Of a stretch of DNA of 64,000 nucleotides, positions 53,851 through 64,000 are shown one piece after another (position 1 is the stretch's first letter; every line of letters starts with the position of its first letter). The notes beneath the pieces were generated by a model, which did no database searches, was not told the DNA's origin, and worked only from the letters and a program-made list of their open reading frames with translations. This stretch comes from Eledone cirrhosa. Taxonomy: Eukaryota. Both the position numbers and the translations under genes were made by a program. The stretch is from the NCBI GenBank assembly GCA_964016885.1, contig OZ024740.1, positions 373,488,001-373,552,000 on the forward strand, read 5' to 3'.

Positions 53851-53948
53851 TATTTTAATAAATATTTGCTCTACGGTTCTTATATATTTGATATATATTT
53901 ATCCTTATCGAGCCCTCTTTGGATTTTAGTCTTCAAATTTATTATTAT

Positions 53949-54022
<74 letters not shown>

Positions 54023-54169
54023 TGGGAGACAAATGGCAAGTGAAGGTGAGAGACCTTTATCTGTATACATATGAAAGATCACGAAGGTAGTGTGCTAATT
54101 TCTCATGTTTTGTATTTATTCTATAAAAAAGGTAGATACAAACGAAACAATTACACGACAGAATACAAT

Positions 54170-54390
54170 GATATATCTGATCAAAACATTCTCAATTCTG
54201 GTATAAAAAGAATAGGTTTTATCTGTGAGGACAGACCTTTTCTTTTTGCTTCTCATTACGACATTACCTAGTTTGATGTGCTCAATATTCAACTCGGTCT
54301 GAATGGGAATGTCCCCTAAGAGCTTTAGTTCATTGTTTTCTAGTTCTCCAGACTCATTTGTGACATCATATACACGCACATTATGATTAT
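54170..54390 (-). mobile_element. R4/Dong-clade LINE restriction-like endonuclease remnant
   Basis: LENNELKLLGDIPIQTELNIEHIKLGNVVMRSKKKRSVLTD..FYTRI resembles LEN..KLLWDF.IQTD..I.H.RPDIV...K.....ID...P.D.RI. Confidence 0.7.
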
Positions 54391-54394
54391 TGTA

Positions 54395-54786
54395 AGGCGG
54401 TGGATTGGCAGTATCGGTAGAGTCAGGGAACATGCTTTGCAGCACAGTTACGTCCCTTTACATATTGAGTTCAAATCCCGCCGAGGTTAACTTTACCTTT
54501 CATCCTTACGGGGTCGATCAAATAAAGTACCAGTAATACACTGGGATAATTGCTGGCCTTGTTCCAAAAGTAGAAACACTTATTATTATTGGATAGGCAG
54601 TATCGGTAGAGGGTCGGACGCCATGATTTCCAGCATAGTTACGTCCCTTTACGGTAATGAGTTCAAATCCCGCCGAGGTTAACTTTGCCTTTCATCCTTA
54701 CGGGGTCGATAAAATAAAGTACCAGTAATGTACTGGATAATTAATGGCCTTGTGCCAAAAGTAGAAAAATTATTATTATTATTACT

Positions 54787-54817
<31 letters not shown>

Positions 54818-55015
54818 TTATTATTATTATTATTAATAATTGTTTCTACTTTTGGCACAAGGCCAGCAATTACCCAGTGTATTTCTGATAAAATAAAGTA
54901 CCAGTAATACACTGGGTTATATCTGGTCTTGTGCCTAACGTAGAAACAATTATTATTATTATTTACTGTGATAATTGCTGGCCTTGTGCCAACATTAGAA
55001 ACAATTATCATTATT
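54395..55015 (+). mobile_element. Two tandem SINEs plus several tail fragments in (ATT)n
   Basis: Copies at about 54395-54580 and 54595-54770; short tail pieces at 54838-55010, one of them inverted. Confidence 0.85.
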
Positions 55016-55029
55016 ATCATTATTATTGA

Positions 55030-57530
55030 TGTGTGAGGCCTTTCGCCAGCACTTTGCTCGGTTGTTCGGGGAGAGTGGCGAATCAGAGAGAGTAGCGGAT
55101 TTCAGTCCCTAACTTGACGGCTTGCCGCGTATCACGACGGTCGACGCTGAGCAGTGCGAAAGGCCGATTACTTCAGCCGAGATTCAGGATGCTCTTGTCG
55201 GCTGCATAAGGCGCATGTCACCCGGTTTGGATGGTCTGCCCTACGAGCTTTACGTAAATATGACAGGCTTGTTCTCCAATCTCCTCGAAGCCCTCTACTG
55301 CAACTGGCAGCAAAACGAGAGTATTCCCAGTCCTGTGAGCTGTGGCGTAGTGACGCGGATAAGGAAAGACGAGAACAAGAGGGACACATCAGACAATTCC
55401 AGGCCCATAACTCTGCTTAACACAGAGTTTAAGATTTTCGCCAGGGTGTTAGCGAAAAGGTTGGCACTTGTCATCGTGGATTTAGTTTGGGTGGCGCAAA
55501 CTTACGCAATCCCAACCAGGTCCATACACGACAACCTCCACCTAATGCGATACATCATAGAGAGGGTATGGTGTAAACCTGGCTTCGGTGGGGCTCTGAT
55601 CAATTTAGATCAATCGAAAGCATTCGATAGGGTCGACCATCGGTACCTGGAGGCTGTCCTCAAGGCGGCTGGCTTTGGCACCGTCTTCAGAAGCGAGATC
55701 GCTGCAATGCACAGCGGCACCTGATCGATGGTCAAAATTAATGGCCACCTCTCGGAAGCGTTTCAGGTCTCCCGATCGGTCTGTCAAGGGTGCCCTCATT
55801 CCTCCCTTCTATACGTATTGACTCAAAAGCCTTCACAGCGGAAGCTGGAACTGTTGCATGGCATCCCGCTCGAATCGGGACGCGGAAAGGCTGTGTCGGC
55901 TTATGCGGACGACATGACCGTGATGGTGTTGGTCACCTCAGCAATCGAGGTGGTCGGCAAGTTATTGGAGGAATATGAAAGGGTGACGGGAGCAAAACTT
56001 AACCCGGAAAAGTCGGTGGCTTTGCAACTCGGCACCTGGAGAGGCAAGTCCATGCCGTCCAACAGCGTCGTTAGGCGCTAGCGGACGGACCGGTAAAGTT
56101 GCTAGGGGTTTGGTTCGGGCCAGACCTCCAGGTGGATAAGAATTGGGACGAGGTGACGATCAGGGTAGCCAGTCTCACCCAGAAGTGGGCTTGGATGAAG
56201 TTATCACTGAAAGGTGGGGCGGAGGTGGCGAACGCGTACATTGCGTCCGTCATCTACTACCGTCTGACAGTCGTCCCTTGCCCCCGTTTGCGCCCCGCCG
56301 TCTTGAGCGGTTCCTCTTCAAATTCTTGTGGAGGGTTCAGGTTCTGCTGGTGAGGCGGTCCATCTGCTGCCAGCACCTTCTACGAGGAGGGCTGGGCATG
56401 CCGTGGATAATGATGCGCAGGCACGCGCTGAGGCTGCTGTATCTCCAGATATTCTGCCTAAACGGTGAACAAGCGTGGTCGCCGTTTGTCAGACGGGCAT
56501 TTCCGCAGCTCGTTTCTTTGACTGAGCTGCAGTCCTGGGTCAAGAAGAGACTGAGACTGGGTGACTGGCATCTGGAATGTTGCCAGGCACTCACTTCCTT
56601 CTACCAGGTGGGCAATGCGGTCAGTGGAACTTCCACTCTCGAGAGGATCAGTGGTGGGCAAGTGCGACGACGCACTCGGAGAGGCTCTGGGAGTCAACGA
56701 AGTCGATCTAACCAGTCTGTAACGGAGGACTTTCGAGCCAGGGACGATGGATAATTTCCAAAAATCCCTCGCTTGGCAGTGCTACAGGGGAGCACTGCCG
56801 GTTCGAGATAAACTCTACAGGCACGGAAGTGCTGTCAGACGGACCTGCCAGAGATGCGCGCAGAGCGACGAAACCGTTCTGCACGCACTCGTCCAGTGTC
56901 CGTGCATTACTGTCTTGTGGAATTATGCTGAATAGCTGTTGTTGCGTGTAGAACGGATCCGGCTATCGGCCGAGTCCATAGTGAAGATCGACCCGCCGCC
57001 TCTTTTGGTCAGGAAGGGCAGGCAATGTTCCTCTGTCTGGTGGCAGTAGCGAAAGAGGTTGCATGGTGGACGAGGCTGAAAGGCCTGAAGACAGACACTT
57101 TTCTCTTCGGCCAATCCCTCATCAACTTTTTCAAGTTTCACTTGGAAAGGAAGGTGAGGGTGGAGAGAGAAGTGCTGCCCCCCCCCCACCTCAGTACATT
57201 TGCTGAAAGGTGGGTGAATGTGGCGAGAATGGCCCGTGTGAGTGGGCCTACTCTGGTCATTCGGCTGTAGGTAGGTAAATTTGAAGAGGAGAGGGGAGCC
57301 CTTCCAGAGTGCTCTCGAAGCGTCGCGTCGTTCAGGACTCGTGGGGTACCTGAACGAAGCCTAGGTGGTCATCCCCCCTATCGGGAATTTTTTCTTGTAA
57401 TTTTCTTGTTACTTTGTTATATTTACTTTGTTTATTCCTATTGTTTACTCGTTTTTTCTGTGAAACCCCACTGCCCCAGTCTTCTGTATTGTCCCCTATA
57501 TGTCGGCCCTTGTGGCCAATAAATGAAATC
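55030..57530 (+). mobile_element. Tx1/L1-clade LINE, 5'-truncated ORF2 (RT plus C-terminal CCHC), pseudogenised
   Basis: SPGLDGLPYELY, RPITLLNTEFKIFA, LDQSKAFDRVDH, QGCP.S.LLY, SAYADD, KLNPEKS, CQRC..ETVLHALVQC; ORF ends at 57270; tail GCCCTTGTGGCCAATAAATGAAATC then (ATT)n. Confidence 0.92.
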
Positions 57531-57560
57531 ATTATTATAATTATTATAATTATTATTATT

Positions 57561-60500
57561 GTCTGATCGGATGTCTTTTTGCTCGCTCCCAGTAAGTCGC
57601 TTTATTTACCTGTTATAATTATTTGTTGTTAAATTTGTCTTGTTGTGTAAGGGATATGAGACATTGGACTTTGACCTGTGAAGGGGAAAGTATAATATTT
57701 GGGACTTTTGTCCCAAAGATTTGAACATTTTACTTTTAAAAATTTTAAAAAGAAAAAAACATGACTGAGCCACGTCGCCCAGCAATATGTCTGCTGTCGT
57801 GTGACAACGGCGTCAAAGTTGTGAGGAGGGTTACAGAAATTGAGACAATAATCACCAACACAAACAACGTGAATAAAGACAGCAATGATAACAACACTGA
57901 GAACACTAATTTAAAAAAAAATACAACACCAACTTCAACAATAACAGCGACAACCAAAATACAGACATCAGAACAAAATGACAACAAATGGAACAATGAT
58001 GCACCAGTAATAAGAAAATAAATGGAACACCAGTAACAAGAAAATAAATAACGACAACACCAACAATACAAATTGCACCGAGAACAACAACAATGGTGGC
58101 ACAAAAAAACACAACCAACTACAACAGTGATAACAGCAACAACACGAACAACACCGTTTGTAGCAGTAGCAACAGCAATATCACCAACAACAAGACAAGT
58201 AGCAGCTATAGCGGCAGCAATAATGGTGCCGCTACAAAAGAGGCCACTACTTTCGCAGGTGTGGCCCGAAATATAGAAACAGTGCGAAAGAGGAGATAGC
58301 AGTCGCAAGGGCCATGGTGACAAGAAATGACAATAGAGTTTCCGTGAAACCTCCACCCATTCTTTCAAGGACCAGCAGCTACGGATGTTGACTTACCACA
58401 CCGTTAGCAAAATGTCACATCGGGTGGAGAGATCCACGGAGGCTCATTTCAAAACGGCTTTGGGGTGCCTCTGAGAGCACAAAACCCACATCCCCGAGGG
58501 AAAAAGTATGCCACAGTAAACGTACTTTTCGCCGCCACGCAAGGGGCGAAGTCTCACTCTTTGGAAACCCTAAAGAGTGAGGAGATAGTCTAGGTGAGCT
58601 CCTACTGCGAGTAGAAAATTGTGAGGGTAAAAGTGACTCGGGTCCCGCCCTACGTACCCATACCTTGACTGGCCCCGTCTGTCCTTGCTGGAATCGAGGA
58701 CAGGACCACCATACTGCAAATATAGAGAATGGGAAGAGAGACTTGGTCAGGAATAGGCATGCAAATGCTAATACAAACCGACAAGGAGTGTATCCAGGCC
58801 CTCCCAGATTTTATAGACCGTGAGGAAGGATTCCAACTCCCTATAAGCGTGGACGAAAGGCGCCCAAAGAGCTATCTCTGTGGGCAAATGGGTCACCTCA
58901 GGGCCTTTTGTCTGCAGAAGAGAGCCAAGAAGAGGGCCCCCTCCTTCCGACGCCCGAGCTACTGCTACCAAGAGTAGGGCAAGCAACAGAGGCAGAAGAA
59001 CCTTCCACGATGAGGCAACGTCCGTGGCACCCATACCAAGGCCACAAACATCTAAAATAGCGGCAAGAGTGGTGTCAATACCAGTAGCTATATTTGCAAT
59101 AGCTGCACCTGCACCAAAATCACAGGAGAGTGCTATACTACCACCACCAACAGCCGTGGAGCACATACCCCTCCCAGACGCCACGGAATTCGACACAAAG
59201 TATGAAGCGGGAGTGAAGTGGCAAAAGGTCTGCCACAAAAAACAAAAACGAAAGGACAACTTAGATTCGCCCTCCAAAAGCGAGGACCAACGAAGAAGGG
59301 TAAAGGCTGCAAGGTGACTTGCAGCAACGCCACCACCATCACCACCACAACGATCGCCACCAACAACATTCACACCGCCACCAGCATCACCACAAACAGC
59401 AACATCGGAAACGCAACAAAGCACACGCACCCAACAGCAACAACAAGAAAACAGCAATACCCCCCCCCCCCCCCAATAAAAAAGTGCACACCCATAAACA
59501 TGGCAAACCAAGGATTAATGGACCATATAAAAGTGCACACCGATATTTCACACGTAAAGTTCCACACCCCACCAACACCAACAAATTTCCAAGAGAATCT
59601 CTACAGATATCATCTTGGAGATACCCATGACCAGCCGAAAGGAGGGTTCTACTGTCCCTTCCCACGCGATCAAGGTAAGTGATCCTTTCTCACTTACCCC
59701 GTTCCTCACCGAGCATGGCTGTACTTAGAATAGTCAGTTTAAATGTACGTGGCCTGGGATCATCATGGAAGCAGGGTCACCTGCTCAACGACCTCAGGTC
59801 ACTAAACATAGATGTGGTGGCCATCAGCGCACCGGAATCTCCGAAGCACGAGCCTTCGCTCCATCTACGGTGGCTACAATGTATACGCATCTTCCAGTTG
59901 TCTGGGATCGGGAGGACGATTTGGTGTGCTTTTTAGGAGAGGCTTGGATCTCGCCAGAACGGCTATCTTCCTGGACCCAGAAGTTAAGCCGGTGATGCTG
60001 GACGTGAGCGGCTGCAAATGCAATGCTTTCAGGCTAGTAGCCGTCTACGCTCCGACAGGGCCAGAACGGCCAGATTTCTTCAGACGTCTGGAGACCATTC
60101 TTGGAACGTACCGCTCTTTCGTGTTAGTGGGCGACTGGCACGGGATCTTAGATGCACGCGGGGATTATGTGGGGGTAGTAAGCAGAGGAGGTGGGTGTAA
60201 AAGCCTCAACAACCTGCTCAGACGTTTTGAACTGTCTGACAGGTATAGACTGGATTATCCGAATGTGCCAATTTGGATATGGGCAAACCGCATCATGTTA
60301 TCCATATCGTATTTAGATAGGGTATTCTGTAACGAAACAGATAAGGCTAGCGTAGATTCACCACAATTTAAAATAGTCAACTACATGGACCACAAATTTG
60401 TAATATGTGAAGTTGACTTAGATAGACTCCATAGGTAAAGGCCCGGTTACTGTAAGCTGGACGCATCGTTCCCGGCGCGCAAAGTTAAAGAGACAGCATT

Positions 60501-62830
60501 AGCGTATTAGTTAAGTTTGCGTTGACGGGTGCGATCGTCAACAACAGGTGGTGGCTTACGGTGAAAAGAGCTATTAGAGTAGAATCGATAAGCTTCAGCA
60601 AACGAGTAGTGATTAAAAAAATGGCGGTAAAACGGGAGCATTCCCAGTTTTCTGAGCCGGGGAGTGGTGGCGCTGCTGAGAAAAGACCCGAACAAGGATG
60701 ACGTTATAGACAACTTCAGGCCCATAACTCTGCTAGAAGCAGAGTTCAAAATTTCGGCCAAGGTGTTATCAAACACATTGGCGCTTGTCGTCGGTGATCC
60801 GATGGGAGAGGCGCAGACTTGCCCCATTCTGGACAGAACCAACCACGACAACCCCCATCTCATTCAATACATCATTGAAAGGGTGTTTAAGGAACCTGGC
60901 ACGGGTGGGGTCCTGATCAACTTGGATCAATCTAAAGCAGTTGATAGGGTCAACCATCGGTACCTGGCTGCGGTCTTTGAGATGGCCGGCTTCTGGCCCG
61001 TTTTTAGGAGCTGGATCGCTGCCATGCACAGTGACATCTGCTCGATTGTGAGAGTGAATGGTGACCTGTCGCAGCTTTACAGCTTCATGCGCTCGGTCCG
61101 CCAGGCTTGATCCCTCTCGTCCCTCTTGTATGTAGTGGGCCTCGAGCCATTACAACACAAATTGGAGACGATGAGGTGGGTCCCACACAAACTGGGATGT
61201 GGGAGATCCGTGTCAGCTCACGGCGACGACATCACCATGGTGGTGTCGAGCACCAAACACGTCCAGATGTTCGGCACCGATCTCAAGAAATACGAAGGGG
61301 TGACAAGAGCAAAAATAAATCAGGAAAAGTCGGTGGGCTTACAACTCGGCATCGGGAGAGGCAAGTCCATGCGGCCTGATAGCGTCGTGGGCCGCTGGAC
61401 GGAATGACCGGTTAAATTGCTCGAGGTCTGATCGGTACGGACCTCCAGATGGAGAACAACTGAAGCGAGGTGACGAGAGGGTGGCCTCTCTCACCCAGAA
61501 ATTGACGGAGAGGAGGCTATCTCTGAAAGGTCCGGCGGAGGTGGCGAATGCGTACATCGCGTCCGTCATCTACTACCACCTGACCGTCGTACCTTGCTCC
61601 TGCCCAACTCTGACCAAACTGAAAGGCCTTCTCTTCCGCTTTTTATGGAAGGGACGTGCCCCCATGGTCAGACGATCCATTTTCTGCCAGCCCCCGTTGC
61701 GGAGAGTATTAGGAATGCCTTGGCTGATTATGCGCAAACATATGCTGAGGCTGCGACATTTCTGGTGCTTCCTTGACGGTGAACAGGTGTGGTCGCCATT
61801 TGCCAGAAGGCATTTTCCCTAGCTAATGTCCTTGATGGAACTGCAGTCCTGGATCAGGAAAAGACCGAGGGATAGCGCTTGGAAGCTGGAATGTTTCCAA
61901 GCGCTCACCGCCTTCTCCCAGCTGGGCACTAGTATCGGTAGAATATCCACCTCGGCGTTCTATAGAGGGCTACTGGAGAGAAAGAGCGACGGCGTTCTCG
62001 GGGAGACCCTGGGCGTCAAAGGCGATCAGCTGTTCGCTCTCCTCAAGAGAACTTTGAGACCGGGGTATATGGACAACTTCCAGAAATCCCTGACTTGGCA
62101 GTGCTACCGGGGAGCGTTGCCGGTTCAGGATAAGCTCTACAGGCACGGAGGTGCTGTCACCGAGCCTGTCCGAGGTGCGCGCAGGGCGACGAAACCGCCC
62201 TGCACGAACTCGTTCAGTGTACGAGGATTGCTGACTTGTGGAGCTATGTCGAACAGCGGCTGTCGCGTGTAGGACGGATCCGGTTATCAACTGAGCCAAT
62301 GTGCTGATAGCCCCGCCATCCTCCTTTAAAGAGGAGGATGAGCAGGTAGTTTTCATCTGCCTGGTGGCCATGGCGAAAGAGATTGTGTGGTGGACAAAGT
62401 TGAAAGGGTTGACGATGGACATTTTCCTCTTCGGCCAATCCCTGATTAACTTTTTCAAGTTTCACTTGAAGAGGAACATCAGGGTGGAGAGTGAAGTTTG
62501 TTGAAAGGTGGGTGACAGTGTCGAGTCTGGTCCGAGTGAGCGGGCACGCTCTCAGTATGCGCCTGTAGATTGAGGAGTGGGAAAACTGAGAGAGGGCGCT
62601 TGCCTTGGTGGTCAGGGTGGCCGTGGCGTTTTAGTGGGGTTTTCGCTATGAGTGACCCTAGGATGTTTCCGCCTATTTGGGGACTTTTTGTTGTTTGAAT
62701 GTTTTGATTTCTAGCCTAATTTTGTTATAACCTGTTTTCACGACCAAAACCCACTTTGTATCGACCTGTACTGTTCTGTGCCATCTCTAATGTTTTTCTT
62801 CGTGTTAACCCTTGTGGCCAATAAAGAAAC

Positions 62831-62831
<1 letters not shown>
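57561..62831 (+). mobile_element. Tx1/L1-clade LINE, near full length and degenerate (ORF1 zinc knuckle; ORF2 APE-RT with internal deletion)
   Basis: ORF1 remnant YLCGQMGHLRAFC (~58870); ORF2 starts at 59715 with MAVLRIVSLNVRGL, then VYAP, VGDW, YLDRV, DHK; jumps near 60.6 kb to NFRPITLL..LDQSKAVDRV; ends at 62568; same tail then (ATT)n. Confidence 0.92.
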
Positions 62832-62870
<39 letters not shown>

Positions 62871-62874
62871 GGAG

Positions 62875-63040
62875 TCACAGTCAGTGATATTATCCAACTG
62901 GAAAGTTTGTTCAAATAAACATCAAGCCGCTATCTGCAAACGCAGATATTCAGGACGTAACGAAGGGTGCTTGGTGTTTCCAGCAAGCATACCTTTTGAA
63001 GTGTTCCATCCTTGAAAACTCTTTGAGATAGTACCTAGTG
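62875..63040 (-). mobile_element. Probable R4/Dong LINE extreme 3' end
   Basis: Minus strand LLETPSTLRYVLNI resembles the terminal LLGTA.ILRxVL motif; lies between ATT tracts. Confidence 0.4.
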
Positions 63041-63098
63041 TTATTATTATTATTTGTCAGTATCTCGGCCCTTGTGGCCAATAAATGAAATCATTATT

Positions 63099-63305
63099 TG
63101 GCAGTATCGGTAGAGACTTAGACAGCATGCTTTGTAGCATAAAGTTAAGATCCTTTATGTTCTGAGTTCAAATCCCGCCGAGGTTAACTTTGCCTTTCAC
63201 CCTTGCGGGGTCGATAAAATAAAGTACCAGTAATGTAATGAGGTTGATTTGATTGACTTTCCACTCCCTCAAAATTGCTTGCCTTGTGCCTATATAAGGA
63301 ACCAT
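63099..63305 (+). mobile_element. tRNA-derived SINE preceded by an isolated Tx1-LINE tail (63062-63098)
   Basis: TGGCAGTATCGGTAGA..GAGTTCAAATCCCGCCGAGG..GCCTTGTGCC; directly upstream is CGGCCCTTGTGGCCAATAAATGAAATCATTATT. Confidence 0.85.
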
Positions 63306-64000
63306 TATTGTTATTTTGTGTGGTGGTGGTGGGTGGGGTTGAATTATCGATGAAAAATCTATTTCAAAGGGGTACCTAAATTAAAGCACACCAACACGCA
63401 TTTACTATCTATCTACCTACCTGATTTTTTCCCTAGATCTCACACACACTCACATGCTATATATACATTATATATATATATATATACGTATGTTCGCATA
63501 CTCACATAGTACGACTTCTTTCTACTAAGTAATTCTTCATAGAAACGTAAATTATTTAATTATAAAGTGGATTATAGCTGTCTAAATCGCTTATAAACAA
63601 TACCTAGAAACGTATATCTTCAAAAACTATTTTACAGATTTATCTACCGCACCAATTCATATCGTAAGCGCTGTGTCAGAAATATATCGTCAATAGATTT
63701 TTTTTATTATTTTGTTATATTCATTCTACAAATACGATCTTACATATTGAATAAAAAAAAACTACTATCGTGCCAGTTTCCTTTGGGGGAAATTATTATA
63801 CAAACAGACATTTACTATCGGTGAATATTTTTATCCAATTTTGTTATTTGTCTACTCCGTTAATTCTCTGCACCAGTGGATGTATATAGCTAAAGCAAAT
63901 ATTCTCTGGTGTGTATTATATGGATACAGCTTATAAGAAACTTAGTGCTAAATGAAATGGTTTCTTTTATTTGTTTGCTCTTTCGTATGCTAACTATTTT

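Larger units (their letters stand above)
51645..53952 (+). mobile_element. Penelope-like retroelement, 5'-truncated: RT C-terminal half, GIY-YIG endonuclease, 3' UTR
   Basis: [47 protein letters not shown]; frameshift near 52.2 kb; CNCRNRADCPLSGKCL, VYKC..YIGLT, FKQRFYMH, CDLC..E, LNKKSE, stop at 52870; embedded in (TA)n. Confidence 0.95.

Noticed and set aside
54116-54445. 109-aa minus-strand ORF as a host exon
   Set aside because: It is a chimera of antisense SINE and an R4/Dong endonuclease remnant.

Overview
AT-rich eukaryotic DNA dense in (TA)n, (CA)n, (CT)n and (ATT)n microsatellites. The repeat content suggests a mollusc, probably an octopus (inference). No intact host gene is evident; only two small candidate exons were found near 7.2-7.6 kb. 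Most ORFs in the track are microsatellite read-throughs. The window holds retroelement and Helitron relics: Penelope-like elements (PLEs) with RT/GIY-YIG remnants and inverted terminal duplications, two Tx1/L1-clade LINEs, RTE and R4/Dong fragments, a tandem Helitron with a PIF1-like helicase remnant, and about 15 copies of a tRNA-derived SINE. The main unannotated signal is self-cleaving RNA. A tandem array with an exact 516-bp period (14571-17368) carries a type I hammerhead ribozyme fold in each full unit, set in a highly structured RNA; this looks like a large retrozyme. About ten more minimal or degenerate hammerheads from unrelated families sit in fold-back PLE ends next to (TA)n tracts. 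All folds were paired by eye; none was computed or tested.
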